From Laetmonice hystrix (taxonomy: Eukaryota), in assembly GCA_965235115.1 (NCBI GenBank), contig OZ249439.1:11098001-11162000 (forward strand): a stretch of 64,000 bases of DNA, written 5' to 3'. Positions 12,127 through 23,895 of this stretch are shown in pieces. The translations under genes were made by a program, and so were the position numbers. The first letter of the stretch is position 1; every line of letters starts with the position of its first letter. Below the pieces are notes generated by a model that was not told the DNA's origin, made no database searches, and saw only the letters and a program-made list of their open reading frames with translations.

Positions 12127-13778
12127 CAGCTGGACTCAGCGTCAGTAATTTGTTCACGTCCATCCAACATCAGCAAACCAATCATGATGAATTGATAGAT
12201 TTGAGCGACTTTCCACAGTCAGGTTTTCCATGTAAACAAGCCTGCCACTGGTGACGGCTATAATCGACCAAATATCACGTAGCCATCGATTAGCAATCCA
12301 GTCTCTGAAGTTATAGGGTGAGGCTGCTCTATTTATATACGGGCGAATCGCTCAAATATCAAATGTGTGAACGCCCGTTCAGTACTGAATGCACTTTATG
12401 AAGTGTACGTGGTGGGATTTCGATATTTCACCACTGAGCCGGTCCCAGAGACAAGGCTGTAATTACCCTTTTCTCAACAACAGGCTGTGGCCACCACGAC
12501 CTTACTCGGCTCTGGGTAATCAGTACTCCATCAAGTACCCGTCAGGTAGTCAGGTAAAAATATCTTTAATACCTTGTTTCAACAACGTATTAACTATTCA
12601 TTGAACATTCTTAGAAACTTTCACGGAAACTTTTAATGATTTATCTTTTTTTTCTCTCACGCTGTATGTACTCGTCAGCGCAGCACGAACCCCGCACACT
12701 CACTGCCAAGGCGCCCCCCCCCCTCCCCGAAACACACTTCCTACAAGGAATGGGCCCCAATTACACTTTAGGCTAACTGATCACAATCTAGTGAAGTATG
12801 GGACCATGACCTAATTACAAAGGTATGTTACCGTAATGAACTATTCTCCGGTGATCAGATCGAGGCTTCACTTGGACAGAACGGGGACAATTCTCAAAAT
12901 TAATCTGACAAATTATAATTGGGACGAACCTGAAAACTTCTGATCAGGACTAATTTACCAGAGATAGTCTCCGGGTTTCTAGAGCATGTAGATTAAACGG
13001 CTGGGACAGTTTGCCCCGTGATGACGGTCATCATGACATCATGTGTAGGGGTGGGTGGGTAGCGGTAAGAAGTCAGGTAACTGAGCAGGAGATGTCACGG
13101 CAGAGTCACGCCTCCGTGACTCCGAGTGGGTCACGACTGGCGGCCGGGCTGAATACAAGACGAAATCAGCTGGCACTGAAAGCTATCGGAGGACACATCC
13201 TGTGGGTGGGTGCGAGTAGTGGGTGGATAAAAACCTAACTCCTGGCGTACAGTAGTAACGGCTGGGGTCGACTGATAGAAACATACCTAACGTTATCATT
13301 GATTCCTGGCTCTCGGGCTGTGGCGCCGGGCCAGCACCGGCCCAGCGCCGGGCCAGTACCGGCCCAGCGCCGGGCCAGCACCCGCAATGGATTTGGAATA
13401 ATAAAATTAAAAATATAAAGGAAACACTCTGTATATAACACAACCACTTCACACATTTCTTCACAAATTTTTCATCCAAATTGTGTTTAAAATTAAACTA
13501 ACCGAAACCCTTTTTTCGGGAAACATGTCTGATTAAAGATATTTTATGCATTTTATGACGGTGCTCCACTCTCATGACGGTTATGGCATTTCTGTTTTTT
13601 CCACAAAGCATTTCAAAACGTTTACAGGTGTACTGTCACCTCATAATTCCACGTGAATGACCTTATGCCATTGAAGGTCACGAATGAATTGTGTAAAGTT
13701 TCAACTTTCATTACGTTGGGTCGTCAGGCCTGTAAACATGTTGTGACGTTACGTTTTATGGCGCTCGTGTCATACTTA

Positions 13779-13971
13779 AGGCCGGTTTATAGTCCGTCGG
13801 CCGACCGTCGGCCGACCATCGGCCGACCATCGGCCGACCATCGCTCGACGTCAGGTCAAAGTTCACCTAGGTTTAACTCTCAGCGATCGGTCGGTCGACG
13901 GCCGGATCGCTGAACTATAAACGTTCAGCGATGGTCGGCCGATGGTCGGCCGACGGACTATAAACCGGCCT
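13779..13971. mobile_element. PIF/Harbinger-type MITE (193 bp)
   Basis: Perfect 28-bp terminal inverted repeat AGGCCGGTTTATAGTCCGTCGGCCGACC, TTA on both flanks (13776-13778 and 13972-13974), and subterminal TCGGCCGACCA repeats. A TWA duplication is the established PIF/Harbinger signature. Confidence 0.85.
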
Positions 13972-15309
13972 TTAACGTCCTAAAGTTGACGGAGGACCGT
14001 GGTCAGTCTCTGACCCGTCCCCCCTCTCTGTGACCGTTCTTGCTGACCCCTGGTCTGGACCTGACTGACCAGAGCTACCATTCCTGCTCATGGACATGCA
14101 ATATGTGCTAACCTCACCTCATTGACGGAATGTTTGGTTCATTTATCATCCACCAATATACAGGTCATAACTCGAGGCTAAGTAACAGGGTGAAACTCGT
14201 CAACTTTCGCCACGCAACACGAGCAAAGTCTGGTTATTATCATTCATATTGATCATAACAGTTTGTAGCAGCAATGTTTTCCCAATTCGGCTCATGTTGA
14301 GAAATTAAGAAGTGAAACAAAATTATCTGCAATTTTGTCGATGAAGGGGGAAATCTATTTTAAACAACTCATTCACGTAAGTAAGTTAGAAGTAAGTTAG
14401 CCTGTAATTATCTCCCTTCAATTTTCCACCTGAGTTGCGGCAGGTCTTGTTTCCCTGAGTGTACCCAGATCCCCCCCCGACCAGTCTGTCTCCAGACCAA
14501 CATTTTAATGATGTCTTTTTTATTTACCACACACTGCATGGATTATAACCTGCCGCGGATTACTGTGCTCTAAGTGGATGTAATTAGTCTAAGACAGGTT
14601 CTACAACAATGGTTCATTGTCTAAAACCAACAAATCTTGTCATCATACTTGTTTTTAGCGATGTTTCTTCCCAAACCTGTTGTTAAACTCCCAGTGAAAC
14701 CTATCATAAAATGGTGGAATGTTGAGAAAGAAATCTGTTCTGTCTACCTGAGTTCTGTGATAGGTATGTGTCTGCACTCAGCACACCTGGCCGTACGCCG
14801 GGATTTGGCCCGTGTTACTACAGGTAAATTACAGGTTAGAGCGCTAACGTTTTGGTGATGAAAGCCACAGGATATCTAACCACACGTGGCCTGAACCCAC
14901 AGGTTTCGGCTGGTAGTGTAGGAGACTGTGCTGTAATAAAGTGCCATGTGGATGTCATTGTTAACTCAACCTTGTAATCCGTCAGCTCTATTCCCGGACT
15001 CTTCAACAGTTAAAGTTATGAATGATCCTCACTCGCTACTCTCGATACTACAACGATATCGGAGCTGACTCCACTGTCAGCGGCACGTGACGGTAAACAT
15101 AACTTGTGATCACCTGATCCCCTTAGTGACCTTACAAATCTAATTATCCCCCCTCATATACAACATGAGTGTCATATTTATATGTTTCCATACAGGCCAT
15201 GTGAACGGGCCGGTTTGGTATTGTGAGGTCGGGGTTGAGGGTCAGAGCGTTTGGTTAAATGTCATTAATTGTCTCCCGGTCACAGCCACGTGCCTCCGAT
15301 CTTCTTGAC

Positions 15310-15628
15310 GGCTGTGGTGACGGCAGCCTTGGTGTAGGGTTCCGTTATACACGGAACACACCGGCTGTGGTGACGGCACCCTTGGTGTAAGGTTCCGTTA
15401 TACACGGAACACACCGGCTGTGGTGACGGCACCCTTGGTGTAGGGTTCCGTTATACACGGAACACACCGGCTGTGGTGACGGCACCCTTGGTGTAGGGTT
15501 CCGTTATACACGGAACACACCGGCTGTGGTGACGGCACCCTTGGTGTAGGGTTCCGTTACACACGGAACACACCGGCTGTGGTGACGGCACCCTTGGTGT
15601 AGGGTTCCGTTATACACGGAACACACCG
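15310..15628. repeat. Minisatellite, 53 bp x 6, each unit hairpin-forming
   Basis: Unit GGCTGTGGTGACGGCACCCTTGGTGTAGGGTTCCGTTATACACGGAACACACC. Confidence 0.95.
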
Positions 15629-16174
15629 ATGGTTCACGAAGGTCGAGGAGAAGAATCTGAGCCTGGGATTGTGGGAGTCTGTACGACTCGGATAGAGATT
15701 TCCTTCACAATCAAAGATCAGGGATGCTTGCTTCCTGTTAGCTGCAGGTTTTGTCAGCTTCAGTCATTTGGGCCTCACAACCCCCAACCCCCCTCCCTCC
15801 GCCCCCAATTCCTTTCTCAGCGGATTTGTGGCAATCTCATGGGGCCTTATTTCAGCGTTAAAAAGAACGGATTTACGGTGGGAAAACGGAACAATCACAT
15901 GCCTGAAAGATGTGGGATAACGTTGGGAATCACGGACTGTCGTAAATGCCGACTAACGCAGACCGTAGCATGGGTTTGTAGGGGCTGTCGATAGTACCTC
16001 ACTTTATTCGGTAGGGGGCACTGCTGTCCATCCCTCATCCCGTGTGCGTTCTGCCAAACACTTGGACAATGTTTATTTAACCATGACCTCTGGTATTGAG
16101 TGACCAGTTGAACACATTCATTTCCTCAACTCTAGACTCAGAACGATAATGAATAAAGCAGAAAGCCTCCTTAC

Positions 16175-16468
16175 CTGTTTGCTCCCTTTCTGCGCGCCCT
16201 TCTTCGACGTCTTCACCCTGGTGGGGGCCGGGGGCCCTGACCCCGTCACCCCACTGGTCACTTCCTGGTCTGACGGGGGGTCGGTCGCTGGGCGTTCGGA
16301 GGGCTTGGTGGCCTCCACCCCTGGGGAGGCCGTTCCTGGTGGGGTGCGGGTGGTGTGGGGTTGTCGGGCACTAGGCGGGTGGGGGGTGGCTCTGAACACC
16401 CCTTGTGAAGACGGTGTCCTCTCACCTCGCCCCCCGGCGCTGGTCACATTTCTTGGCGCATGTGACAT
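16175..16468 (-). CDS. Candidate coding exon, 98 codons, Pro/Ser/Thr-rich with basic end (MSHAPRN...KTSKKGAQKGSKQ)
   Basis: ATG in context AAGTACCATGT, an open frame, and a strong phase-0 donor CAG|GTAAGG; the composition is typical of a disordered region. The 5' boundary is uncertain. Confidence 0.4.
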
Positions 16469-17667
16469 GGTACTTGATTGGTTATCAACAGGTACTCGTT
16501 GGGCTTAGCTGGTCACACGTTACGAGGAATCTGATTGGTTGAGCCTGGCCTAAGGGCCTTACACGGCGTCCAGGTGTATAGCTGGACCTCGACACGCGTT
16601 GACAGCCTGATGATTTGTTACTGGTGGACAATTGGCACCTGTCAATCACACTACCATCATCTTCCTGGGGTGGGGGGAGGGCACTGACCTCACCAACCCT
16701 GGCACTAGGTCAACACTGTCTCCAAGTCACAGCAAGTCACAAGTGACGGTTTGGGTCAGGCAAAGACCGCAGTCTCAAGGACACTTAAAATCTTCAAAAT
16801 CCGTTTCTTAAAAGCCAGTCCAGGGTTGTGGGTTCCTGATGAGGGGGCGGTGTCCCTGGGCAGTAATGTCTCAGGTCAGGGTGCTGCCGGCCTCGATCTG
16901 AAACCAACCAAAGACAACACGTCACGTGATGTCAACAAACACAAACCACACCCACTTGATGATTACATGTCGTCTGCTACCACCGGCCTCCTGGTGGCAG
17001 ATTCTGAGACTGATGACACCCTCGCTTCCCTGCCCTGTTATAGAAACTGACTCTGGATGTCACAGTGATGGTGGTGAAGTGGGCAGAGGGCGTGTCATGT
17101 TAGCCCACAGATAGACACAATGTCAATTGTTAGTAGGCCTATAGTACTGCAGGTTTGACCCAGTGACGGGCACTGTGAGTAATACAATCAAACCTGTTCA
17201 ATATGTATTAAAATAAGATCCAGATATTATTTCAAATTCTATAAACTAGGTTACCGAGCGTTGATTACGGCAACATAATGCCGTAGTTACTGCTGGTGCC
17301 GCCTGACGGTCAAGTTCGCAGCACCGAACTCTAATGTCTTGAATCCTGAAATTCCCAGGTCGGAAACCTGTGGCCATTAATACATGACGTACAGTCATTT
17401 TGACCCACACGGCTCCGTTCGTCCGTGAATGTCACCAGTTACAAAACGACAAAACACTTTAACGTAAATAAGCCTTTATTGCCTGCTTTAGAATATAACG
17501 AACAATGCAGCATTTGATTGCATTTAAAAATACTTCAGAGATTTAGCTTCAGTGCCATACAAAATTACCGAGGTCGAGCAAGTTAGTTATCGTGTCACCA
17601 ACTAAATCATTCATTCCACCTGTCACCAAAGATATTGTTACACGTAACAATATCTTTGCTGTCACTT

Positions 17668-17801
17668 NNNNNNNNNNNNNNNNNNNNNNNNNNNNNNNNN
17701 NNNNNNNNNNNNNNNNNNNNNNNNNNNNNNNNNNNNNNNNNNNNNNNNNNNNNNNNNNNNNNNNNNNNNNNNNNNNNNNNNNNNNNNNNNNNNNNNNNNN
17801 N
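17668..17801. other. Assembly gap (134 N)
   Basis: Run of N. Confidence 1.
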
Positions 17802-18534
17802 GGGAACCACTGCCCCCCCCCCCCGTCCGACCGCCACGTGCTGTAAGATATATAACATGGTGTCGTCCTCTCCCGGCAGACGGCGCTGTCTACAGCCACA
17901 GACCTGTGTCGGTCTGACCGCCCCATGGCGCGCTCCAAGCCTGATTCACGGGCCTCACTCACCCGGCCTCCCGCCACCCTCACAGCAAACCGCCTTTTTT
18001 CTGACAGACCTTGTCCTTATTAATGGACATAATAAGTTGGCCAGTAGAGTTATGCAGCTGTTTGTCAGCAGCTGAACAATCTGGGTATTGTGCCGACCGG
18101 GCGCGAGGTGGCGCTGCGGTCGACAACACACGCTCCCGTCTTGTCCCCGCGCGCTGCTCAAGTCGGTGGTCGTCACCAGTCGTGGATTTCAAAGGCGACA
18201 GACTGCACACGTCTCAGTGGACCCGACGACAAGCTTCCCTCTGTTGATACACATATTTAAAGAGCGATAAACTCCAATCAGAATGTTCAACATTCAACGT
18301 CTGCCATTGCAGTATTTACACCTAGTGGTGGTTATAACCTAATACACTCTTCATTGAGATTAGACCAGCGACTTCTTTTTTTTTTGGGGGGGGGGGGGGG
18401 GTGGGAGGGGATATTACCCAATGAAAAGGGTGATTTGTTTGCCGTGAAAACCTCAAACTAATTTAATGAAACTTCCTCCAAGGATAGCAATAGGATAGCG
18501 TCCTGAATCACAGGGCAGGATGCATTGCACTCAC

Positions 18535-18574
18535 TGGAGATGTAGGCCCCGTGTAACAGTCGACCCACACCCAC
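18535..18574 (-). CDS. Candidate 40-nt internal exon (frame undetermined: VGVGRLLHGAYIS or WVWVDCYTGPTSP)
   Basis: Acceptor GTACGTATTTCAG|G and donor CCA|GTGAGT; all three frames are open. Confidence 0.35.
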
Positions 18575-19429
18575 CTGAAATACGTACATGTACACTGACA
18601 TACGCTACACACTGATCGCACGTCCTGCTCCCCCCCCCCCCCCCCACTTACCCTCCCCACGGCCCGGCCCTCCGGCCGCCGTCGATTATCGGCCACCCAC
18701 CCCTCCCTCCTTGCATCAGTGGTTCGAGGATCGACATCGAGTCTCAAGGGCAGTCAGTGCCAGCCTCAAGGTCAAGGTAAGACAGGTATTATCAACGTAA
18801 CGTATCCCTGAATCACCGGGTGGGGGGCGGGGGGGGGGGGCACTGGAAGTATCTGTGCCATAATTTTTTCTTTATCTCCCCCCCATCCGTTCTTGTTCGT
18901 ACCTCATGACGTTATACCGGGACAGGAGGGGTCTGTACCCCTGATACTCTGTGTTGAGACGAGGGGGAGCAGTGCCCCCTCCGGTCGACCTGAGGAAGGA
19001 ATCTGTGCCGATACAATGACTCTGACATCACTACGCCCGACCCTCATACATACAGTACGTATATGATTACAGACTGTCATCCGCCACCCCACTCGCCTAG
19101 TCAACATGTTGGTTCTTCACAACACAACATTTCTTTTTTACCGTCCTCATCAATTGATTTGTTGGCCTCTCCTTCCAAACTGCTATGAACAATATCTTGA
19201 TATATTTCATGGACACTTGTTTATCGCTCAGAGATAGGTAAAAAGTTGATTTCAGACGTTTTGATAAAGAAGATCTACCAACTGATGGATGATCTCATTT
19301 GTCCCCATCACAAAGTGTGGGAAACGGACTGTACGGCGAACGACATGTAAGATGTTGTCAACATATTGCTTTCTTTTTGTGTTTTTTTTGTGAGATGATC
19401 CATTTCAGTAAAAAATAATCTCTATCCAG

Positions 19430-19555
19430 GATCCCACAGGACCTATCAAGTTGGGCTCTATCGATATACCTGTGAAATATTGATCACCAGAGCACGTTAT
19501 TTCCATGGAAAAAGAAGCAAACGCTCTGGACGCGGTCACCTTGTACTCTACGACA
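19430..19555 (+). CDS. Candidate 126-nt symmetric exon (SHRTYQVGLYRYTCEILITRARYFHGKRSKRSGRGHLVLYD)
   Basis: Acceptor AATCTCTATCCAG|G and donor ACA|GTAAGC; one frame is open (phase 1-1). Confidence 0.25.
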
Positions 19556-19697
19556 GTAAGCCCCCCCCCCCCCCCACATACACACCCCACACACTTCGAC
19601 AAACTTGTTTAGAACCAGTTTTCTATTAATCATGATCCTGCATCACGCAGGGCGAGGAGAGGGTAGGATAAATGAGCGCCGGCCGTGATGTCAGCCG

Positions 19698-20305
19698 ATG
19701 AGGGCTTGTTCTGTCTTTGGCTGGGAGAGTCTGGGTGAGATGAGGGTTTGTTCTGTCCTTGGCTGGGAGAGTCTGGGTGAGATGAGGGTTTGTTCTGTCC
19801 TTGGCTGGGAGAGTCTGGGTGAGATGCGGGCTTGTTCTGTCCTTGGCTGGGAGAATCTGGGTGAGATGAGGGTTTGTTCTGTCCTTGGCTGGGAGAGTCT
19901 GGGTGAGATGCGGGCTTGTTCTGTCCTTGGCTGGGGAGAGTTGAGGGTCTGTGGCTGGCGGTGTTGGGATGAGATGAGGGTCTGTGGTTGGCGGAGTTGG
20001 GGTGAGATGAGGGTCTGTGGCTGGTGGTGTTGGGGTGAGATGCGGGTCTGTGGCTGGCGGTGTTGGGGTGAGATGAGGGTCTGTGGCTGGCGGTGTTGGG
20101 GTGAGATGCGGGTCTGTGGCTGGCGGTGTTAGGGTGAGATAAGGGTCTGTGGCTGGCGGTGTTGAGGTGAGATGAGGGTCTGTGGCTGGTGGTGTTGGGG
20201 TGAGATGAGGGTTTGTTCTGTCTGTGGCTGGCGGTGTTGGGGTGAGATGAGGGTCTGACGGCTGGCGGTGTTGGGGTGAGATTAGGGTCTCACGGCTGGC
20301 GGTGA
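19698..20305. repeat. Compound minisatellite: 42-bp units grading into 33-bp units
   Basis: GAGATGAGGGTTTGTTCTGTCCTTGGCTGGGAGAGTCTGGGT x ~5.5, then GAGATGAGGGTCTGTGGCTGGCGGTGTTGGGGT x ~11. Confidence 0.92.
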
Positions 20306-20717
20306 TTGGGTGGCAGGAGTTTGGGTGGTGTTTGTTTGGGGTGCGAATGTAGACTCCCTCAGTCCAGGCCTTTCACCATCGTCATCAATCTGACGACAGG
20401 TCACCCCATGTGCTCAGTGACGCGTGACCCAGCAACATTTTACCTCAGCAGGAGAGGAGGGTGGGGGAGGGTGAGTTAGGTGAGATTCTCAACACGGCTA
20501 TATGTAATAAACAACCTGACATATACTGTTCCAGCAGCAATCCACCGCTGTGTGACACACGACAGGCAGACCTAACTCTAGGTACTAGTGTATAATAACA
20601 ACAAGTAAAACTTCACGTCAAAGGTTTAAAACCAATTTGGATTGAAAGTTGCCATAAAGTCCAAGATATGAGGTCATTACGGACCAGGGACAAGGTCTGT
20701 AGTTCTGATTTCAGAGA

Positions 20718-21152
20718 GAGGATGGTCTTGTAGTATTGGTCTTAGAGGGAGAATGGTCTTGTAGTATTGGTCTTAGACGGAGGATGGTCTAGTATTGGTC
20801 TTAGTGGGAGGATGGTCTTGTAGTATTGGTCTTAGTGGGAGGATGGTCTTGTAGTATTGGTCTCAGAGGGAGGATGGTCTTGTAGTATTGGTCTCAGAGG
20901 GAGGATGGTCTTGTAGTATTGGTCTCAGAGGGAGGATGGTCTTGTAGTTTTGGTCTTAGCGGGAGGATGGTCTTGTAGTATTGGTCTCAGAGGGAGGATG
21001 GTCTTGTAGTAATGATCTCAGAGGGAGGATGGTCTTGTAGTAATGATCTCAGAGGGAGAATGGTCTTGTAGTAATGATCTCAGAGGGAGAATGGTCTTGT
21101 AGTAATGGCCTCTGGGGAAGGATGGTCTTGTAGTATTGGTCTCAGAGGGAGG
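20718..21152. repeat. Minisatellite, 31 bp x ~14
   Basis: GGGAGGATGGTCTTGTAGTATTGGTCTCAGA repeated; period 31 checked at 20881/20912. Confidence 0.93.
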
Positions 21153-22212
21153 AGTGTCTGTCTCCGATGAGGTAAACGTGTGGAAAAACACCTTCACCAG
21201 CTAGGGGGCCAACTATGACGTCAGATCTTAGGTCGTGAAGCTGACCTCTGAGTACCTTATGATGAATAATTTGGATTATCGGGACTGGTAATTCACTTAG
21301 TCAGAAGACCGCCACGTGTACCGGTATCTGTGTCATCCAACGTTCTGTGAGAAATGTTTGGTGCCTTAAGTCACTCGAGGCTGAGAAGGCCGGAATATTT
21401 ACCGAACAATCTCAGGATGGCCAGGAACATTTTTGTGGATTTGTTGCGGCCTTTGCAAAAGCAAAGGCGTACAAAAAGATACCGTGTTGGCTTCACCAAC
21501 GAATATTACTTGTGACGGTGGTATAGCAAACAACATAATGTAACCTTGCCGCAATCTCAAAAAAACACACTCCTGAGGGTGAACGGTCAAAGGTTAAAAG
21601 TCTTTGGGTCTCAACCAAATTTTGCCTCATCTTAACAAAGAATAAAAAGCTGCACAAACAGGCAAAACCATCTCTTCCCATTTCTGTTGCATAATCTGTT
21701 GCCCCGGTACAATGCAATGATCAGTAATGGCATTCCTCGGGGTCCACAGGTCAAACTTCAAAAGCCTTGATCCTTTTCTTTCACTCCCTCTGTAGCAGGC
21801 ACGGTGCGCAGTTGATGTTCTGGGTGTGTCATCATGAGAGGTCGTACGCTTTCCGTGCTCCCGGGATGAGAAAAGTATGTCGCCGGTGTATCCTGTACCG
21901 TCAGCCGTGCTCCCAGCTGGGTCTGGTTGAGGTGGTCTCACCTGACTACCAATCAACTGATCCAGGCCCCGAGCTTGCTAACCCAGGCGGCCTCCTACCC
22001 ACAAACAACCGTTCACCATCATGGCCCACATTGAGACCTTAGACCTTTGACGACGGGTCTTCCGCCTCATCCTCATTTGATGACCCCAGTAACATAGACT
22101 CGGGGCCATGTTAGGTCATGGCTCGGGCCGCTAGGAGGGATATCAGTGGTGGACGGATCGAGAGTCGGGAATATATGGTCAGTAACCAATGAGGTCATGA
22201 TGGTACCGTTCT

Positions 22213-22737
22213 GGTACTGACCACTGACGTCATAATGGTATCGTGTAAGTACGGCCATGTCATGTTATGTCATAACTGCCTCATGTGAACACGTCACACA
22301 GTCACTGACCAATGACGTTATAATGGCACTGTGGGGGTACTGACCACTGACGTCATAACGTGTAAGTACGGTCATACAGTTACGTCATAACTGCCTCATG
22401 TGAACACGTCACACAGTCACTGACCAATGACGTTATAATGGCACTGTGGGGGTACTGACCACTGACGTCATAACGTGTAAGTACGGTCATACAGTTACGT
22501 CATAACTGCCTCATGTGAACACGTCACACAGTCATTGACCAATGACGTTATAATAGCACTGTGGGGGTACTGACCACTGACGTCATAAAGGCATCGTCTA
22601 AGTACGGTCATACAGTTACGTCATAACTGCCTCATGTGAACACGTCACACAATCACTGACCAATGACGTTATAATGGCACTGTGTGGGTACTGACCACTG
22701 ACGTCATAATGGTATCGTTAGAGCACTGACCACTGAC
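22213..22737. repeat. Tandem repeat, 115-123 bp x ~4.3, carrying CRE palindromes
   Basis: Unit starts GGTACTGACCACTGACGTCATA at 22213, 22336, 22451, 22566 and 22687. Confidence 0.93.
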
Positions 22738-23472
22738 CGGCATCGTGGCTTGAGGTCAGTGTCCTCCTGAGGACACCATGGCTCTAGGTAACTGTCTTAC
22801 TGAGGGCTATTGTCCTGATGACGACACCCTACCCCCACCCTCCTTATGGTTGTAGGGTATCGTCCTCTCAAGTACACGATGTGTTTCTATAAACTTACTA
22901 ACTAAAGATGGCATGGATCGATGTCAAGATGTCGGGGTGGTGTTGTAGATCATCCTGCTACCCCTGACATCTCTGGGGCTCGTAACAAATGGATCTTTTG
23001 TCGTGATTTGAGTTCACTCAAATACACATAGAATCTACCGCCAGAGTCCCAGTGGAGGGGGGCTGGCGGGGAAAAACACATTCCCTTTGAACTTCCAGCC
23101 CCATGTCACCGCCAGTCCAGGTGGAGACAACACCTGGTTCTCTGACACTGGTACTCCCACTCTGTTTATATCGTCTCTGTCTCATCTAGTTAACTAGTGG
23201 AGAATCTACAGGTAACTCACATACCATCGACAAAATAGTGGCTTGGAGCAGGGAAGATTTGGGCCAAGAGGTGTGTTGGTTATAGTAGGAGTTTAGTGGG
23301 TCTGGTGGTATTTGGGACGTTTGGAGGAGAGCAAGTCCGGCTGACAATCACTGTGTCGGACCCATCCGATTTCATTTTCAGTTGATTCCAATTATAGCCA
23401 ATGACCTGTTTGACCTTGGGGGTGTGGTTGTTGAATGCTGGGCCGAGTAGACCCGGGGGTTAGGCCTCTTAC

Positions 23473-23565
23473 CTCTTCTTCCATTCCCGTTGAGCCGGTG
23501 GGTGGGGAGCTGGAGCATGGGTTCCGGGGTATAGAACACGACAGAACATGACAAGTCCTTCAATC
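23473..23565 (-). CDS. Candidate 93-nt symmetric exon (IEGLVMFCRVLYPGTHAPAPHPPAQREWKK or LKDLSCSVVFYTPEPMLQLPTHRLNGNGRR)
   Basis: Acceptor CAGTAGTTGTAG|G and strong donor GAG|GTAAGA; two frames are open. Confidence 0.3.
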
Positions 23566-23689
23566 CTACAACTACTGTAGACGTGGCTGAATGTTTTTAC
23601 CCGAGTGAGTCATGTTCAGGCCTGGCAGGAACTCCAGCCCGAAACATTGCGGATCTTGGAGTCGGGAGGGCAGGAGGCCGAGGTCCGAG

Positions 23690-23895
23690 AGGAAGGGTTG
23701 GGGTGGCAGGGAGGGCCTTGGGCCGGCAGGGAGGGCCTTGGGCCGGCAGGGAGGGTCGGTGGTCGGCAGGGAGGGTCGGTGGTCGGTAGGGACGCCCGGG
23801 CAGGCAGGGATGGTCGGTGGTCGGTAGGGAGGCCCCGGGCAGGCAGGGAGGGTCGGTGGTCGGCAGGGAGACCCGGGCAGGCAGGGAGGGTCGGG
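23690..23895. repeat. GC-rich degenerate short-unit repeat
   Basis: GGCAGGGAGGG and GGTCGGTGGTCGG modules repeated. Confidence 0.85.

Noticed and set aside
16470-16640. Alternative genetic code (TAA/TAG = Gln) suggested by four TAR stops in a protein-like frame upstream of the 16468 ORF, and by a TGA-free frame at 21265-22190
   Set aside because: TGA stops close the frame just upstream, TGA-free runs of ~300 codons are expected by chance many times in six frames of 64 kb, and no conserved protein is available to show Gln at those positions.
19430-19555. Selenocysteine read-through (DPTGPIKLGSIDIPVKY*SPE...) in phase 0
   Set aside because: The context matches no selenoprotein motif I know, no SECIS was identified, and another frame is fully open.
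21265-21960. Decayed transposase or zinc-finger pseudogene (HPTFCEKC; KWEEMVLP...)
   Set aside because: The fragments look protein-like on both strands, but I recognise no catalytic motif and see no termini. It needs tBLASTx against Repbase.
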